Of a stretch of DNA of 64,000 nucleotides, positions 8,036 through 16,062 are shown in pieces. A program made the translations under genes and the position numbers. Within the stretch, counting starts at the first letter, position 1. The number at the start of each line of letters is the position of its first letter. The notes beneath the pieces were generated by a model, which searched no databases, was not told where the DNA came from, and saw only the letters and a list, made by a program, of their open reading frames with translations. The DNA is from Deltaproteobacteria bacterium (lineage in GTDB: Bacteria; Desulfobacterota; Dissulfuribacteria; Dissulfuribacterales; UBA3076), in contig PQXD01000008.1 in the NCBI GenBank assembly GCA_003194485.1, forward strand, positions 6,130 to 70,129. The letters are read 5' to 3'.

Positions 8036-9313
8036 TTATCCCGCTATTTCCGAAAGGGTCTTGTAGATAGAGACGGCGCCGGGATGTCGCACTACCCTGA
8101 ACTGCTTTCCGGTCTTCTTGCACGTAGCCTTTACTATCTTCAAGGCCCCGTGGCTGTTGATACTGGTGATAAACAGGATGATGTCAGCCTTGCAGACCAC
8201 GTTTTTGAGAACATGCCGCCCATTGGAGCAGTCTCCGTTATGGAAAAGGAAGTCCGCGCCCAGATCATGAATTGTTCTGCGGTATTCGGGTTCCAGGCGA
8301 TCAAGGCCTCCTATCACTGCCACACGCATGCCTTCCAGAGGACAACGGCATTTTTTCTGTTCTGTGCATTGATGGCAGTCTCCCCGGGCATCCTCAGGGC
8401 GGAGGAGAGTAAACACGTTACCACCCTGGATATCCTCTTCTTTGCCCGGCCCTGCCTTCTGTCCTGCGGACCGGTTTTCATCCTTGACTTGCATAGATGA
8501 TTCAATCAGTCTCTCATATTCAGCAATCTTTTTATTTGCCTGTTCAAGCTCATAGGCAATCTTCTTTGCTTCGCGTTTCAGGGCTGCTTCTCGAAATGGC
8601 CGTTGCCTCAACTCCGTCAACTCCCGGGAGTACTCGGCCAGCTTCTTCTTGAGTTTTAATATTTCCGCATCCTTTTCCTGTAGCTGCCTTTTAAATGCAT
8701 GTTTCACTGAAACTTCAGATATATTGACCTCGGATTGAAAGCGACATCCTTCTGTGGTCTTTAGGCCTTGTTTTTTCTCCGTAGCATCGTGGTTCAGGAC
8801 AGAAAGGCCGAGCTTGAGCTGGCTACAATTTTCCATGAGACGCCAGATAAGAGAATGTGACAGAATTTGAGCCTGTTTGCGCATCTCCGGTCTTGAGTCA
8901 GTGCTTGCAGCCCACAAAATGGGGGCAGGCCACTGCCTGTTTCCAATTGACAATGCCAGGTCCTCAGGGGCCAGGGAACGGACCCTTGACGGCGCAACGG
9001 AAAACCGGTGCTTGAAATGACGGTTTAGTTCCTTTGCAACGGATTTTTCAGGATCGTGACTGTAATGATGAAGGCTCCAGAGCTCGTAGCCCGGATCCAT
9101 ATTTGCCTTTGTGGATTTCAGGTAATACTTTGTACATATCTTACGCATATCTTTGATGTTTATGGTCATGGCCATGAGTAATGTCAGAGTTACGCAATCC
9201 GGCAATGGGATTTTACCGCCTTTTACTGTACTACATGAAGATATAGTATGATTGTCTGTGGCTTTAACAGTGGGGTCCGCCTGATTCTTGAGATTTTCTA
9301 CGGCATTTTTCAT
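8036..9313 (-). CDS. Hypothetical protein with coiled-coil middle, Cys cluster and C-terminal DUF2325-like domain
   Basis: 425 aa. The C-terminal part MRVAVIGGLDRLEPEYRRTIHDLGADFLFHNGD...ADIILFITSINSHGALKIVKATCKKTGKQF fits the DUF2325 pattern as I recall it. It is preceded by CHQCTEQKKCRC and a K/E-rich heptad region. I cannot assign the N-terminal about 200 aa. Confidence 0.6.
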   Translation of the reverse strand: MKNAVENLKNQADPTVKATDNHTISSCSTVKGGKIPLPDCVTLTLLMAMTINIKDMRKICTKYYLKSTKANMDPGYELWSLHHYSHDPEKSVAKELNRHFKHRFSVAPSRVRSLAPEDLALSIGNRQWPAPILWAASTDSRPEMRKQAQILSHSLIWRLMENCSQLKLGLSVLNHDATEKKQGLKTTEGCRFQSEVNISEVSVKHAFKRQLQEKDAEILKLKKKLAEYSRELTELRQRPFREAALKREAKKIAYELEQANKKIAEYERLIESSMQVKDENRSAGQKAGPGKEEDIQGGNVFTLLRPEDARGDCHQCTEQKKCRCPLEGMRVAVIGGLDRLEPEYRRTIHDLGADFLFHNGDCSNGRHVLKNVVCKADIILFITSINSHGALKIVKATCKKTGKQFRVVRHPGAVSIYKTLSEIAG

Positions 9314-9363
9314 AACCGCCTCCTGACAGATATTATATCTTGAAATTCAATTGCAATTACCGG

Positions 9364-10329
9364 TTAAATTGATGCCTTGCCCTGCAGATCTGCGCCGCTC
9401 TCATCTTTTATCTCATTTATCACATGTAAGGGCAGAAAGACCTCAAAGGTGCTCCCTTCTCCAGGGATGCTGGTTACGTCAATCCATCCGCCCCGCCGGC
9501 GGATCAGGGCAAAGACAATAGCCAGGCCCCATCCCCGCTTTCGGCTTTTTCCACCCGCCTCTTTGGTGGAAAAGAGGGGATCGAAAATCCGGTCAAGCAT
9601 ATCCTCAGGAATACCTGACCCGTGATCGCAAACAGAAAGGACTGCAAAGGTCCCTGGATAAGCGTTCCCGTGTTGCCGGCAGTAAGAACTGTCAACGGTG
9701 CGTCTGAAAGTCCCGACAAGCAGATCTCCTCCTTCCGGCATCGCCTCCTGGGCATTGACTGCAAGGTTGCTCAATATCCGCCATATGTCGCCCTGGCTCA
9801 GCAGAACCGGAAGGGGATTACCGCAGGGAGTAAAGTGCAGATTGATATTCTTGTTGAAAGATGATCTCAGGGCATCAAGGGCCAGTTTTGCCTCCACGGT
9901 TAAATCCCTGCAGACCAACTCCACTGTGATTTCGTCAGGCCCGATGGCCTGCAGGCGATTAACCAGACCTTCCATGTTGTCCAGGACCTTGCGTACGGCA
10001 AGTACCTTCTGCTTTATCTCATTTTGGGGGAATTCCTTTTCGAGCCGGTAAATTGTGGCTCCGATGGCAATCAGACCGTTATTGAGGTCGTGGCACAGAC
10101 CTTCGGCCAGGTGCTCCATGGATGCCATTTTCTGGATCTGGATAAACTCCGCCACAGCATGATCTGTGGAATCCAAAAGGTTCCGGATAGTGTTCAGAGA
10201 GTCACGGACACCGGTAAGTACCGGGCCGATTCCAGCAGCAAATTGCGCTGCATTCCTTATTGGGCGCATTCGTGTAACCGGTCCTCGTATGGATATTCGG
10301 CCTTCTACCATGGTCTTACCTCCATTCAT
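9364..10329 (-). CDS. Cytoplasmic sensor histidine kinase (HisKA + HATPase_c, no TM segment)
   Basis: H-box region MEHLAEGLCHDLNNGL, N-box ILSNLAVNAQEAM, G-boxes DHGSGIP and GWGLAIV. Confidence 0.8.
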   Translation of the reverse strand: MNGGKTMVEGRISIRGPVTRMRPIRNAAQFAAGIGPVLTGVRDSLNTIRNLLDSTDHAVAEFIQIQKMASMEHLAEGLCHDLNNGLIAIGATIYRLEKEFPQNEIKQKVLAVRKVLDNMEGLVNRLQAIGPDEITVELVCRDLTVEAKLALDALRSSFNKNINLHFTPCGNPLPVLLSQGDIWRILSNLAVNAQEAMPEGGDLLVGTFRRTVDSSYCRQHGNAYPGTFAVLSVCDHGSGIPEDMLDRIFDPLFSTKEAGGKSRKRGWGLAIVFALIRRRGGWIDVTSIPGEGSTFEVFLPLHVINEIKDESGADLQGKASI

Positions 10330-10689
10330 TGTTCACTCCTCGGAAATCTCGCGCCTTGCATCTGAAGCATTTTGAGCGGAATCATATTTCAATGACTTTT
10401 TTGTAGTAGTGAAGTAGTTAGTGTAAGTAAAATCGTTCAGGGCCATTTCTTTATTTGTTGATAAACTAAATGCGTTACATTTGCAATAGGTAATTAAAAA
10501 AATATTTGGATGAGGCCCTGGCGGGGCCAAAAGATAGATTGTTCAATTAGAAGAAGTATGGCTGACCAAGTTTGCCTGGCGCCCTGATCAGCCAGACGAA
10601 TAACGATCACTGATCAGTTTCCCGTTGCTTACCGGCAGGCATGTCCACAGTCCCTAAAAACTATTTCCTGTCAGTTTTTGCTTTTTTTC

Positions 10690-10718
10690 TTGACAACACA
10701 ATTTAAAGATGATATTGT
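10690..10718 (+). promoter_or_regulatory. Candidate sigma-70 promoter for the feo operon
   Basis: TTGACA (10690-10695), a 17-nt spacer, then TATTGT (10713-10718), about 120 nt upstream of feoA. The imperfect palindrome TGAATACGTTTCA directly follows. Confidence 0.35.
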
Positions 10719-10838
10719 GAATACGTTTCAATTAAGGGATGTACCTCACGGGACGTATTCTGAAATGGAACACAAAATTTCCTTTTGACATGCCAACATG
10801 ATTTTTGTGGTGCGATATCTCAGGATTAGGGAGTGATC

Positions 10839-11150
10839 ATGGGACAAAGGGCTGGCGTTTATCACTTGTTTGACGATAAAAACTATCAGGAGGTCGATGC
10901 GGTCATAAGGCCCGGCATGCCTCTTACTATGGCCGGAACGGGTGAAAAAGTGCGTATCGTAATGTTTGCAAGCGGTAGGGGGATGCACCAGAGGCTGATC
11001 AGCATGGGCCTGGATGTGGGATCGGAGATCGAGGTAATCAGAAGGGGTGCCCCGGGGCCTTTTCTGATAGCGACCGGCGATACGCGTCTTGCTATAGGGG
11101 CGGAAATGGCCCATAAGATCATGGTTATTCCGGTAGAAAGGAAAATCTAA
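10839..11150 (+). CDS. feoA: FeoA-family protein 1
   Basis: FeoA/SH3-like core GEKVRIVMFASGRGMHQRLISMGLDVGSEIEVIRRGAPGPFLIATGDTRLAIGAEMAHKIMV. ATG at 10839 follows GGGAG. The track start at 10833 is a GTG two codons upstream. Confidence 0.8.
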   Translation: MGQRAGVYHLFDDKNYQEVDAVIRPGMPLTMAGTGEKVRIVMFASGRGMHQRLISMGLDVGSEIEVIRRGAPGPFLIATGDTRLAIGAEMAHKIMVIPVERKI

Positions 11151-11374
11151 TGACTCTGGATGAAATAAGACCCGGCCAGGGGTGCCGCATCGTGAGGCAA
11201 AACCTGGGCGGTGCAACCGGACAGCGCTTGATGGACATGGGTTTTATGCCCGGAACAAAGGTTGAGGTTGTACGCAACGCCCCCCTGGTAGACCCCGTTG
11301 ATCTCTTGATAAGAGGATATCACGTCAGCATACGTCATGCCGAAGCCAAGGGTGTGGAGGTGGAACAATTATGA
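11150..11374 (+). CDS. feoA: FeoA-family protein 2
   Basis: LDEIRPGQGCRIV...GATGQRLMDMGFMPGTKVEVVRNAPLVDPVDLLIRGYHVSIRHAEAKGVEV. Start overlaps the stop of feoA-1. Confidence 0.85.
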   Translation: MTLDEIRPGQGCRIVRQNLGGATGQRLMDMGFMPGTKVEVVRNAPLVDPVDLLIRGYHVSIRHAEAKGVEVEQL

Positions 11375-12063
11375 GACATAAAGGCAGTGAAATAGTAGTG
11401 GCTGTTGCCGGCCAGCCGAATTCCGGCAAATCGACTATTTTCAACATGTTGACAGGGGCAAGGCAGCATGTTGCCAACTACCCCGGTGTTACCGTCGAAA
11501 AAAGAACGGGGAAATACAGCCACAATGGCGATACTGTGACACTTGTGGATCTGCCCGGAACCTATAGCCTTACTTCCTATAGTCAGGAGGAAAGGATTGC
11601 CAGAGACTTTCTGCTTCATGAAAAACCAACATGTGTGCTTGATATAGTGGATGCCTCCAATCTCGAGCGCAATCTTTACCTGACGTTTCAGCTCCAGGAG
11701 ATCGGCATCCCTCTGGTTGTTGCATTGAATATGATGGATGTAGCCCAGGCCCGCGGCCATGTGATTGATACGCATAAGCTGAGTGAACTACTGGAGGCAC
11801 CAGTAGTTCCTACAGTGGGAAATAAGGGCAAGGGAAAACAGGAAGTTAAGGAGGCCATTGTAAATGCTTGCAAAAATACTGAAAACGGCAGTTTTCGCAT
11901 TGATTACGGAGAAAAACTGGAATCGATCCTGGGCCTGCTTGAAAAAAAGCTTTCAGAAGATCTGAATATTTCTACCTCTTATCCGGTGCGGTGGTTAGCG
12001 GTAAAACTCATGGAAAACGACAGCGAAGCGCGTCGACTTGTAGAGAAAGCGGCTTTGGCATAG
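11371..12063 (+). CDS. feoB: Ferrous iron transporter FeoB, G-domain/helical-domain ORF (split gene, part 1)
   Basis: G1 GQPNSGKSTIFN, G2 PGVTVE, G3 DLPGTYSL, G4 NMMD, then RIDYGEKLE...RWLAVKLMENDSEA. Ends with TAG at 12061-12063. Confidence 0.85.
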   Translation: MRHKGSEIVVAVAGQPNSGKSTIFNMLTGARQHVANYPGVTVEKRTGKYSHNGDTVTLVDLPGTYSLTSYSQEERIARDFLLHEKPTCVLDIVDASNLERNLYLTFQLQEIGIPLVVALNMMDVAQARGHVIDTHKLSELLEAPVVPTVGNKGKGKQEVKEAIVNACKNTENGSFRIDYGEKLESILGLLEKKLSEDLNISTSYPVRWLAVKLMENDSEARRLVEKAALA

Positions 12064-12070
12064 GAAATAT

Positions 12071-13909
12071 ATGAAGGCCGAAAAAGAGATATTAAATCGC
12101 GTTGACTCAGAGAGAGAAAAATTTCTTTCCCAGCATAAAGAGGCGGCAGAGGCAGTCATTGCACAAAAGCGTTATCAGGCTGCTGAAAGGATCGCCGATA
12201 TCGCGGTCAAGCGGGAAAAAGGCGTCCGTAGAACGTTGACGGATAAGATAGACGCGGTTGTCTGCCACAGGGTTTTAGGACCGGTTATCCTTCTGGGCGT
12301 CATCTATCTCTTTTACGAGCTGTCCATAGCGCAGGGCTACAAGGTCACCGCTTATACCTGGCCCCTGCTTGCTGCTTTTCGGGATTTTTGTGCCTCTATG
12401 CTCCCATCCCCGGGGCTTGTTTTTGACCCTCTTTCCAGAACGGTTCCCCTGGGAGTTATTGATGGGATCGTAGCTGTATTGAATTACATACCCATCTTCC
12501 TCATATTGTTTTCTCTGATAGCCATCATGGAGGATTCGGGCTATATGGCCAGGGTGGCATTCATCCTGGACCGTATTTTCAGAAATTTTGGTCTGCATGG
12601 CCAATCCGCGCTTCCAATGATATTGAGCGGGGTGTTTGTAGGCGGGTGCGCAATACCCGGTGTAATGGCGTGCCGTGCTATAAAGGATCAAAAGGCTAAG
12701 ATAGCAACCATACTGATCTGCCCCCTCATGAATTGCCTGGCCAAAATCCCTCTCTATGTGCTCCTTGTGGGTATGTTCTTCGCTGCCCACAAGGGAATTG
12801 TCATGTTTTTCATATCGACGATCACCATTATCATAGCCCTCTCGGTATCTAAAATCCTGAGTTTTACATTGCTCAGAAAAGAAGAAACCGCACCTTTTGT
12901 CCTGGAGATGCCCCCGTATCATGTGCCTACGATAGGGGGCGTGCTGAGACGCTGCATCGAACGGACCTGGCTTTTCGTCAAAAAAATTATAACCATAGTT
13001 GCCGCAGTTACACTGATTGTCTATGCCCTTATGAATGTGCCGGGAATAAGCAAAGACAGGAAAGCTGATTTTCAGGACCAATTCAACAAAGACGTCGGGA
13101 CATTTTTTAAGAAAATAGGCGAAGATAATCCCTATGCAAAGCTTTTTGAAGGGGCAGGCATGACAAGTTTTGCAGTTTACTGGGATGACTATAAGAGGGC
13201 AAAAATGGGGGCCAAGGGCAAAGAGGCGAAAAAGGCAATCGATGAGACGTTTAAGGAAAGAAATAGCGAGTTCTTCAAGATCGTAAAAAGGGGCAGTTAC
13301 GTGGTTGATGGGAAAAAGGTGAAGGATAAATATGCCCGTAAGGTTCACAAGGCGTATAAGAATCTGCACAGCAAGAGGAACAAAATTAAAAGGACAATCA
13401 AGGAAGAGACTATTATAGGAAGTGTTATGGGGCGTATCGGGCGCTTTGTAGAGCCGGTTACCAGCTATGCCGGATTTAACTGGCGTGTAAATATTGCCCT
13501 GATAAGCAGCTTTGCGGCCAAAGAAAACAGTGTGGCAACACTCGGAAGCATCTACCAGAGCACTCCGGGGGAAAAAGAAGAGTCACTTGGGGCCAGGATG
13601 AAGAAAAAAGAAAGAGGCTGGACACCTCTTCATGCCCTGGCGATCATATTGTTTATGACTATGTATCCGCCGTGCATCCCTACATTGCTCATGGTCAAGC
13701 TGGAGGCCGGCACAAAATGGGCGCTCTTTGCAACATCTTATCCTATTGTCCTGGGATCTGTCATAGCTATTCTCGTCTTTACTGGAGGAAACCTGATAGG
13801 TCTCAGCGGGTTCAAGACAATGGTTGCTTTTTACCTGCTTGCCTCAGGTATTACCATAAGTTTGGGAATTATTAAAAGGAAGGCAGTATCAGAAGTAAAT
13901 ATCCGGTGA
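12071..13909 (+). CDS. feoB: Ferrous iron transporter FeoB, membrane permease ORF (split gene, part 2)
   Basis: Continues colinearly with FeoB (IAQKRYQAAERIA...LTDKIDAVVCHRVLGPVILL, multiple TM segments, gate motifs). The last five codons and the stop lie inside MITE A2. Confidence 0.85.
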   Translation: MKAEKEILNRVDSEREKFLSQHKEAAEAVIAQKRYQAAERIADIAVKREKGVRRTLTDKIDAVVCHRVLGPVILLGVIYLFYELSIAQGYKVTAYTWPLLAAFRDFCASMLPSPGLVFDPLSRTVPLGVIDGIVAVLNYIPIFLILFSLIAIMEDSGYMARVAFILDRIFRNFGLHGQSALPMILSGVFVGGCAIPGVMACRAIKDQKAKIATILICPLMNCLAKIPLYVLLVGMFFAAHKGIVMFFISTITIIIALSVSKILSFTLLRKEETAPFVLEMPPYHVPTIGGVLRRCIERTWLFVKKIITIVAAVTLIVYALMNVPGISKDRKADFQDQFNKDVGTFFKKIGEDNPYAKLFEGAGMTSFAVYWDDYKRAKMGAKGKEAKKAIDETFKERNSEFFKIVKRGSYVVDGKKVKDKYARKVHKAYKNLHSKRNKIKRTIKEETIIGSVMGRIGRFVEPVTSYAGFNWRVNIALISSFAAKENSVATLGSIYQSTPGEKEESLGARMKKKERGWTPLHALAIILFMTMYPPCIPTLLMVKLEAGTKWALFATSYPIVLGSVIAILVFTGGNLIGLSGFKTMVAFYLLASGITISLGIIKRKAVSEVNIR

Positions 13910-14088
13910 ACCCGTTATATCCTGCCTTGAAGCGGTCACCTTTTCCGGGTTTCAAAGCTCACTCATCGCAGACCGGAGAGGCAGTGCAATCCGGCCCGCG
14001 ATCGAAACCCTGCAAAAGGCAAACCGCTCCTGCGGCAGGGCACGGATGGCAACTTCCACAGCGGACCACGGGTTCACCGGATATTTAC
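13895..14088 (+). mobile_element. Type-A MITE, short form (194 bp), copy A2
   Basis: Same termini as A1. Flanking repeats are TATCAGAA / AATCAGAA (7 of 8). Overlaps the feoB 3' end. Confidence 0.85.
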
Positions 14089-14117
14089 AATCAGAATATG
14101 TTTAAACCTGAGTCGAG

Positions 14118-14172
14118 TATTAGCTGTTAGCTTTCAGCAAACTAATTGCTGACCGCTAAAGGCTAACCGCTC
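14118..14172. repeat. Low-complexity inverted repeat (TTAGC/GCTGA class)
   Basis: TATTAGCTGTTAGCTTTCAGC ... GCTGACCGCTAAAGGCTAACCGCTC. The arms are built from the same short units in opposite orientation, around a short AT loop. Confidence 0.5.
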
Positions 14173-14201
14173 AATTTAGGAAGGAAGGGAGGTGAGACGT
14201 T

Positions 14202-14519
14202 ATGAAAAAGATCTTGATCTATTTATTCCTGGCAGTGCCGTTTTTTTTCACCACCTATGCATTTGCGCACACGCCTCTTTGCTCTTGCTATGACAACGGA
14301 GACAGGACAATAACGTGCGAAGGCGGTTTTTCTGATGGCTCATCAGCCGCCGGGGTCAGCATGACTGTGAAGGACAAAGACGGCAAGGCAGTCACCAAAG
14401 GAACTATGAACGAAGACAGCGAATTTACCTTCAAGAAACCCGAGGGTGATTACACGGTAGTCTTTGATGCAGGACCCGGTCACGTTGTAGAGGTACCAGG
14501 CTCAGAAATTACGGAATAG
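14202..14519 (+). CDS. Small secreted protein (signal peptide plus beta-sandwich-like domain), unknown function
   Basis: Signal-like N-terminus MKKILIYLFLAVPFFFTTYAFA followed by HTPLCSC. GGAGG lies upstream of the ATG. Sits between feoB and the DUF4198-like gene. Confidence 0.6.
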   Translation: MKKILIYLFLAVPFFFTTYAFAHTPLCSCYDNGDRTITCEGGFSDGSSAAGVSMTVKDKDGKAVTKGTMNEDSEFTFKKPEGDYTVVFDAGPGHVVEVPGSEITE

Positions 14520-14536
14520 GAATTGAGGAGAAAAAA

Positions 14537-15361
14537 ATGAAAAAATTAGTAATGCTATTATCCCTGGTCGCGGCTTTCGCGCTGAGCGCGCCGGCTTACG
14601 CCCATTTTCAGACGATCTACACGCCGCAAAGCGCTCTTTCGAAGACGCAAAAAATCAACATCAAGTTGATCTTTACCCACCCGTGGGAAGCCGGGCATAC
14701 CATGGACATCGGAAAAGATCAGAGCGGCAAGATACACCCGCCCATCGCATTTGGCGTCATGCACAAAGGCAAGAAAAAAGACCTTCTCGAGACCCTGAAG
14801 GCGATAACCTTTACCAGCCTCAGCAATAAGGGAAGGGCCTACGATGTTAATATGAAATTAAAAGGGATGGGTGACCATGTATTTTACTTTGTGCCTGCAC
14901 CATACTATGAAGGGGCAGAAGACATCTACATCCAGCAGTGCACCAAGGCGATATACAATATAGCCGGTGCCCCTACCGACTGGGATGCATTGGTAGGCGC
15001 TCCTTTACCTACAGAGATTGTTCCTCTGGACAAGCCGTATAGCATCTGGAAAGGAATGAGTTTTCGCGGTGTTGTCACGTGCGGCGGCAAACCGGTGCCT
15101 GATGCTGAGATTGAAGTTACATATATGAACCATAATATCGAAGGGAATAATTTCATAACAAAGGAAAATATGGAAATACCGCAACCTGACCTTGTGCCTA
15201 TCGGCATCAAGGCCAACAGCAACGGCGAGTTCTCTTTTACATTTCCAAAGGCGGGCTGGTGGGGCTTTTGCGCCCTTGGTGCCGGCGGAGATTTGAAATA
15301 CAACGGGAAGGAACTTTCCCAGGATGCAGTCATCTGGGTCCAGGTAGTTGATATAAAATAA
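14537..15361 (+). CDS. Periplasmic DUF4198-like (Ni/Co-uptake-type) metal-binding protein
   Basis: Signal peptide ending ...APAYA followed directly by HFQTIYTP, the mature N-terminal His pattern I associate with DUF4198. 274 aa. GAGGAG upstream. Confidence 0.55.
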   Translation: MKKLVMLLSLVAAFALSAPAYAHFQTIYTPQSALSKTQKINIKLIFTHPWEAGHTMDIGKDQSGKIHPPIAFGVMHKGKKKDLLETLKAITFTSLSNKGRAYDVNMKLKGMGDHVFYFVPAPYYEGAEDIYIQQCTKAIYNIAGAPTDWDALVGAPLPTEIVPLDKPYSIWKGMSFRGVVTCGGKPVPDAEIEVTYMNHNIEGNNFITKENMEIPQPDLVPIGIKANSNGEFSFTFPKAGWWGFCALGAGGDLKYNGKELSQDAVIWVQVVDIK

Positions 15362-15365
15362 GCAC

Positions 15366-15407
15366 AGGCGGTAATCTGAAGGATAATCATAAGGCCGCCT
15401 TTTTTTG
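15366..15407 (+). terminator. Possible intrinsic terminator after the DUF4198-like gene
   Basis: AGGCGG ... CCGCC followed by TTTTTTT. The stem is short and the loop long, so support is weak. Confidence 0.3.
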
Positions 15408-15484
15408 GCGACTGCTCATGTAATTGCGTATCAGTTAGATATCTGCTTGTTGTCTTTTCCTCATTAATACCGTTCTCTCCTCTG

Positions 15485-15519
15485 TATGACCCTCTCCCCG
15501 GATCGGGGAGAGGGTCATA
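15485..15519. repeat. Perfect 16-bp-stem palindrome
   Basis: TATGACCCTCTCCCCG-GAT-CGGGGAGAGGGTCATA, standing alone in a gene-poor 700-bp stretch. Confidence 0.8.
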
Positions 15520-15969
15520 TACCCTTTTAAGGTGTTAAATTGCCCAAGCCCCCGGATCCAGGTCTTTCCTCTCCTTGAATCGCAACCCGGCAGAACAGGA
15601 CTGCGGTTTCCGGAGGATGCCTTCCGCATGACCGACAGGATGGAATTTATCAATGTGGACACCAATACCGTGGATAAAAGGCTGACCGAGCAGTTTACAG
15701 GAGCCCTGAGAGAAGCTGGATTTGTTTTTCCTGCACGGTCTATAAAGCGCTCTTCCCGTTTTATATAAAAACCACGGACAAGACGAGCGGCTACCTGCGA
15801 TTTGACGTAATCCGGAACGGGCCGCCTGCCCTGATCGGCATTGCCTTCTCGTTAGTCTTTGCCATCATCGTCAACATGCGGAAACTTGGTTTAAGAAAAC
15901 ACTGGGCCGATCTTGCTATCATCATGTTCACCGGCCTCTACTATAGCGTTTCATGAAAACCTTTACACT

Positions 15970-16056
15970 GTCATTGCGAGGAGCGAAGCGACGAAGCAAT
16001 CTCAACAAGGCCCACAAACTATGTCACGAGATTGCTTCGCTAACACTCGCAATGAC
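15970..16056. repeat. REP-like inverted repeat immediately 3' of the RR-PAS-HK gene
   Basis: GTCATTGCGAG-GAGCGAAGCGAC-GAAGCAATCTC ... GAGATTGCTTC-GCTAACA-CTCGCAATGAC. The left arm contains the GCGAAGC mini-hairpin motif. Confidence 0.7.
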
Positions 16057-16062
16057 AACTTT

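Noticed and set aside
10711-10735. Possible Fur box (TGAATACGTTTCA) overlapping the candidate feo promoter.
   Set aside because: It is only a 4-of-5 half-site palindrome with weak resemblance to the GATAATGATAATCATTATC consensus. It cannot be supported without a lineage-specific matrix.
12275-13369. Long antisense ORFs opposite well-supported genes. Examples are 12275-13369 versus feoB, 21340-22194 versus tolA, 29285-30121 versus gyrA, 39871-40773 versus kdsA/kdsC, 16714-17445 versus the RR-PAS-HK, 38628-39245 versus pyrG, and 49229-49948 versus the PPDK-like gene.
   Set aside because: Each is fully overlapped by a gene with clear family motifs on the other strand. Their translations are low-complexity or biased and show no recognisable motifs.
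15532-15768. 78-aa ORF (MLNCPSPRIQVF...) and the adjacent frame encoding a membrane-like tail (about 15690-15957) considered as real genes.
   Set aside because: The first has no recognisable motifs and starts inside a palindrome region. The second lacks any start codon after its upstream stop. Both are treated as gene debris (see the finding on 15362-16062).
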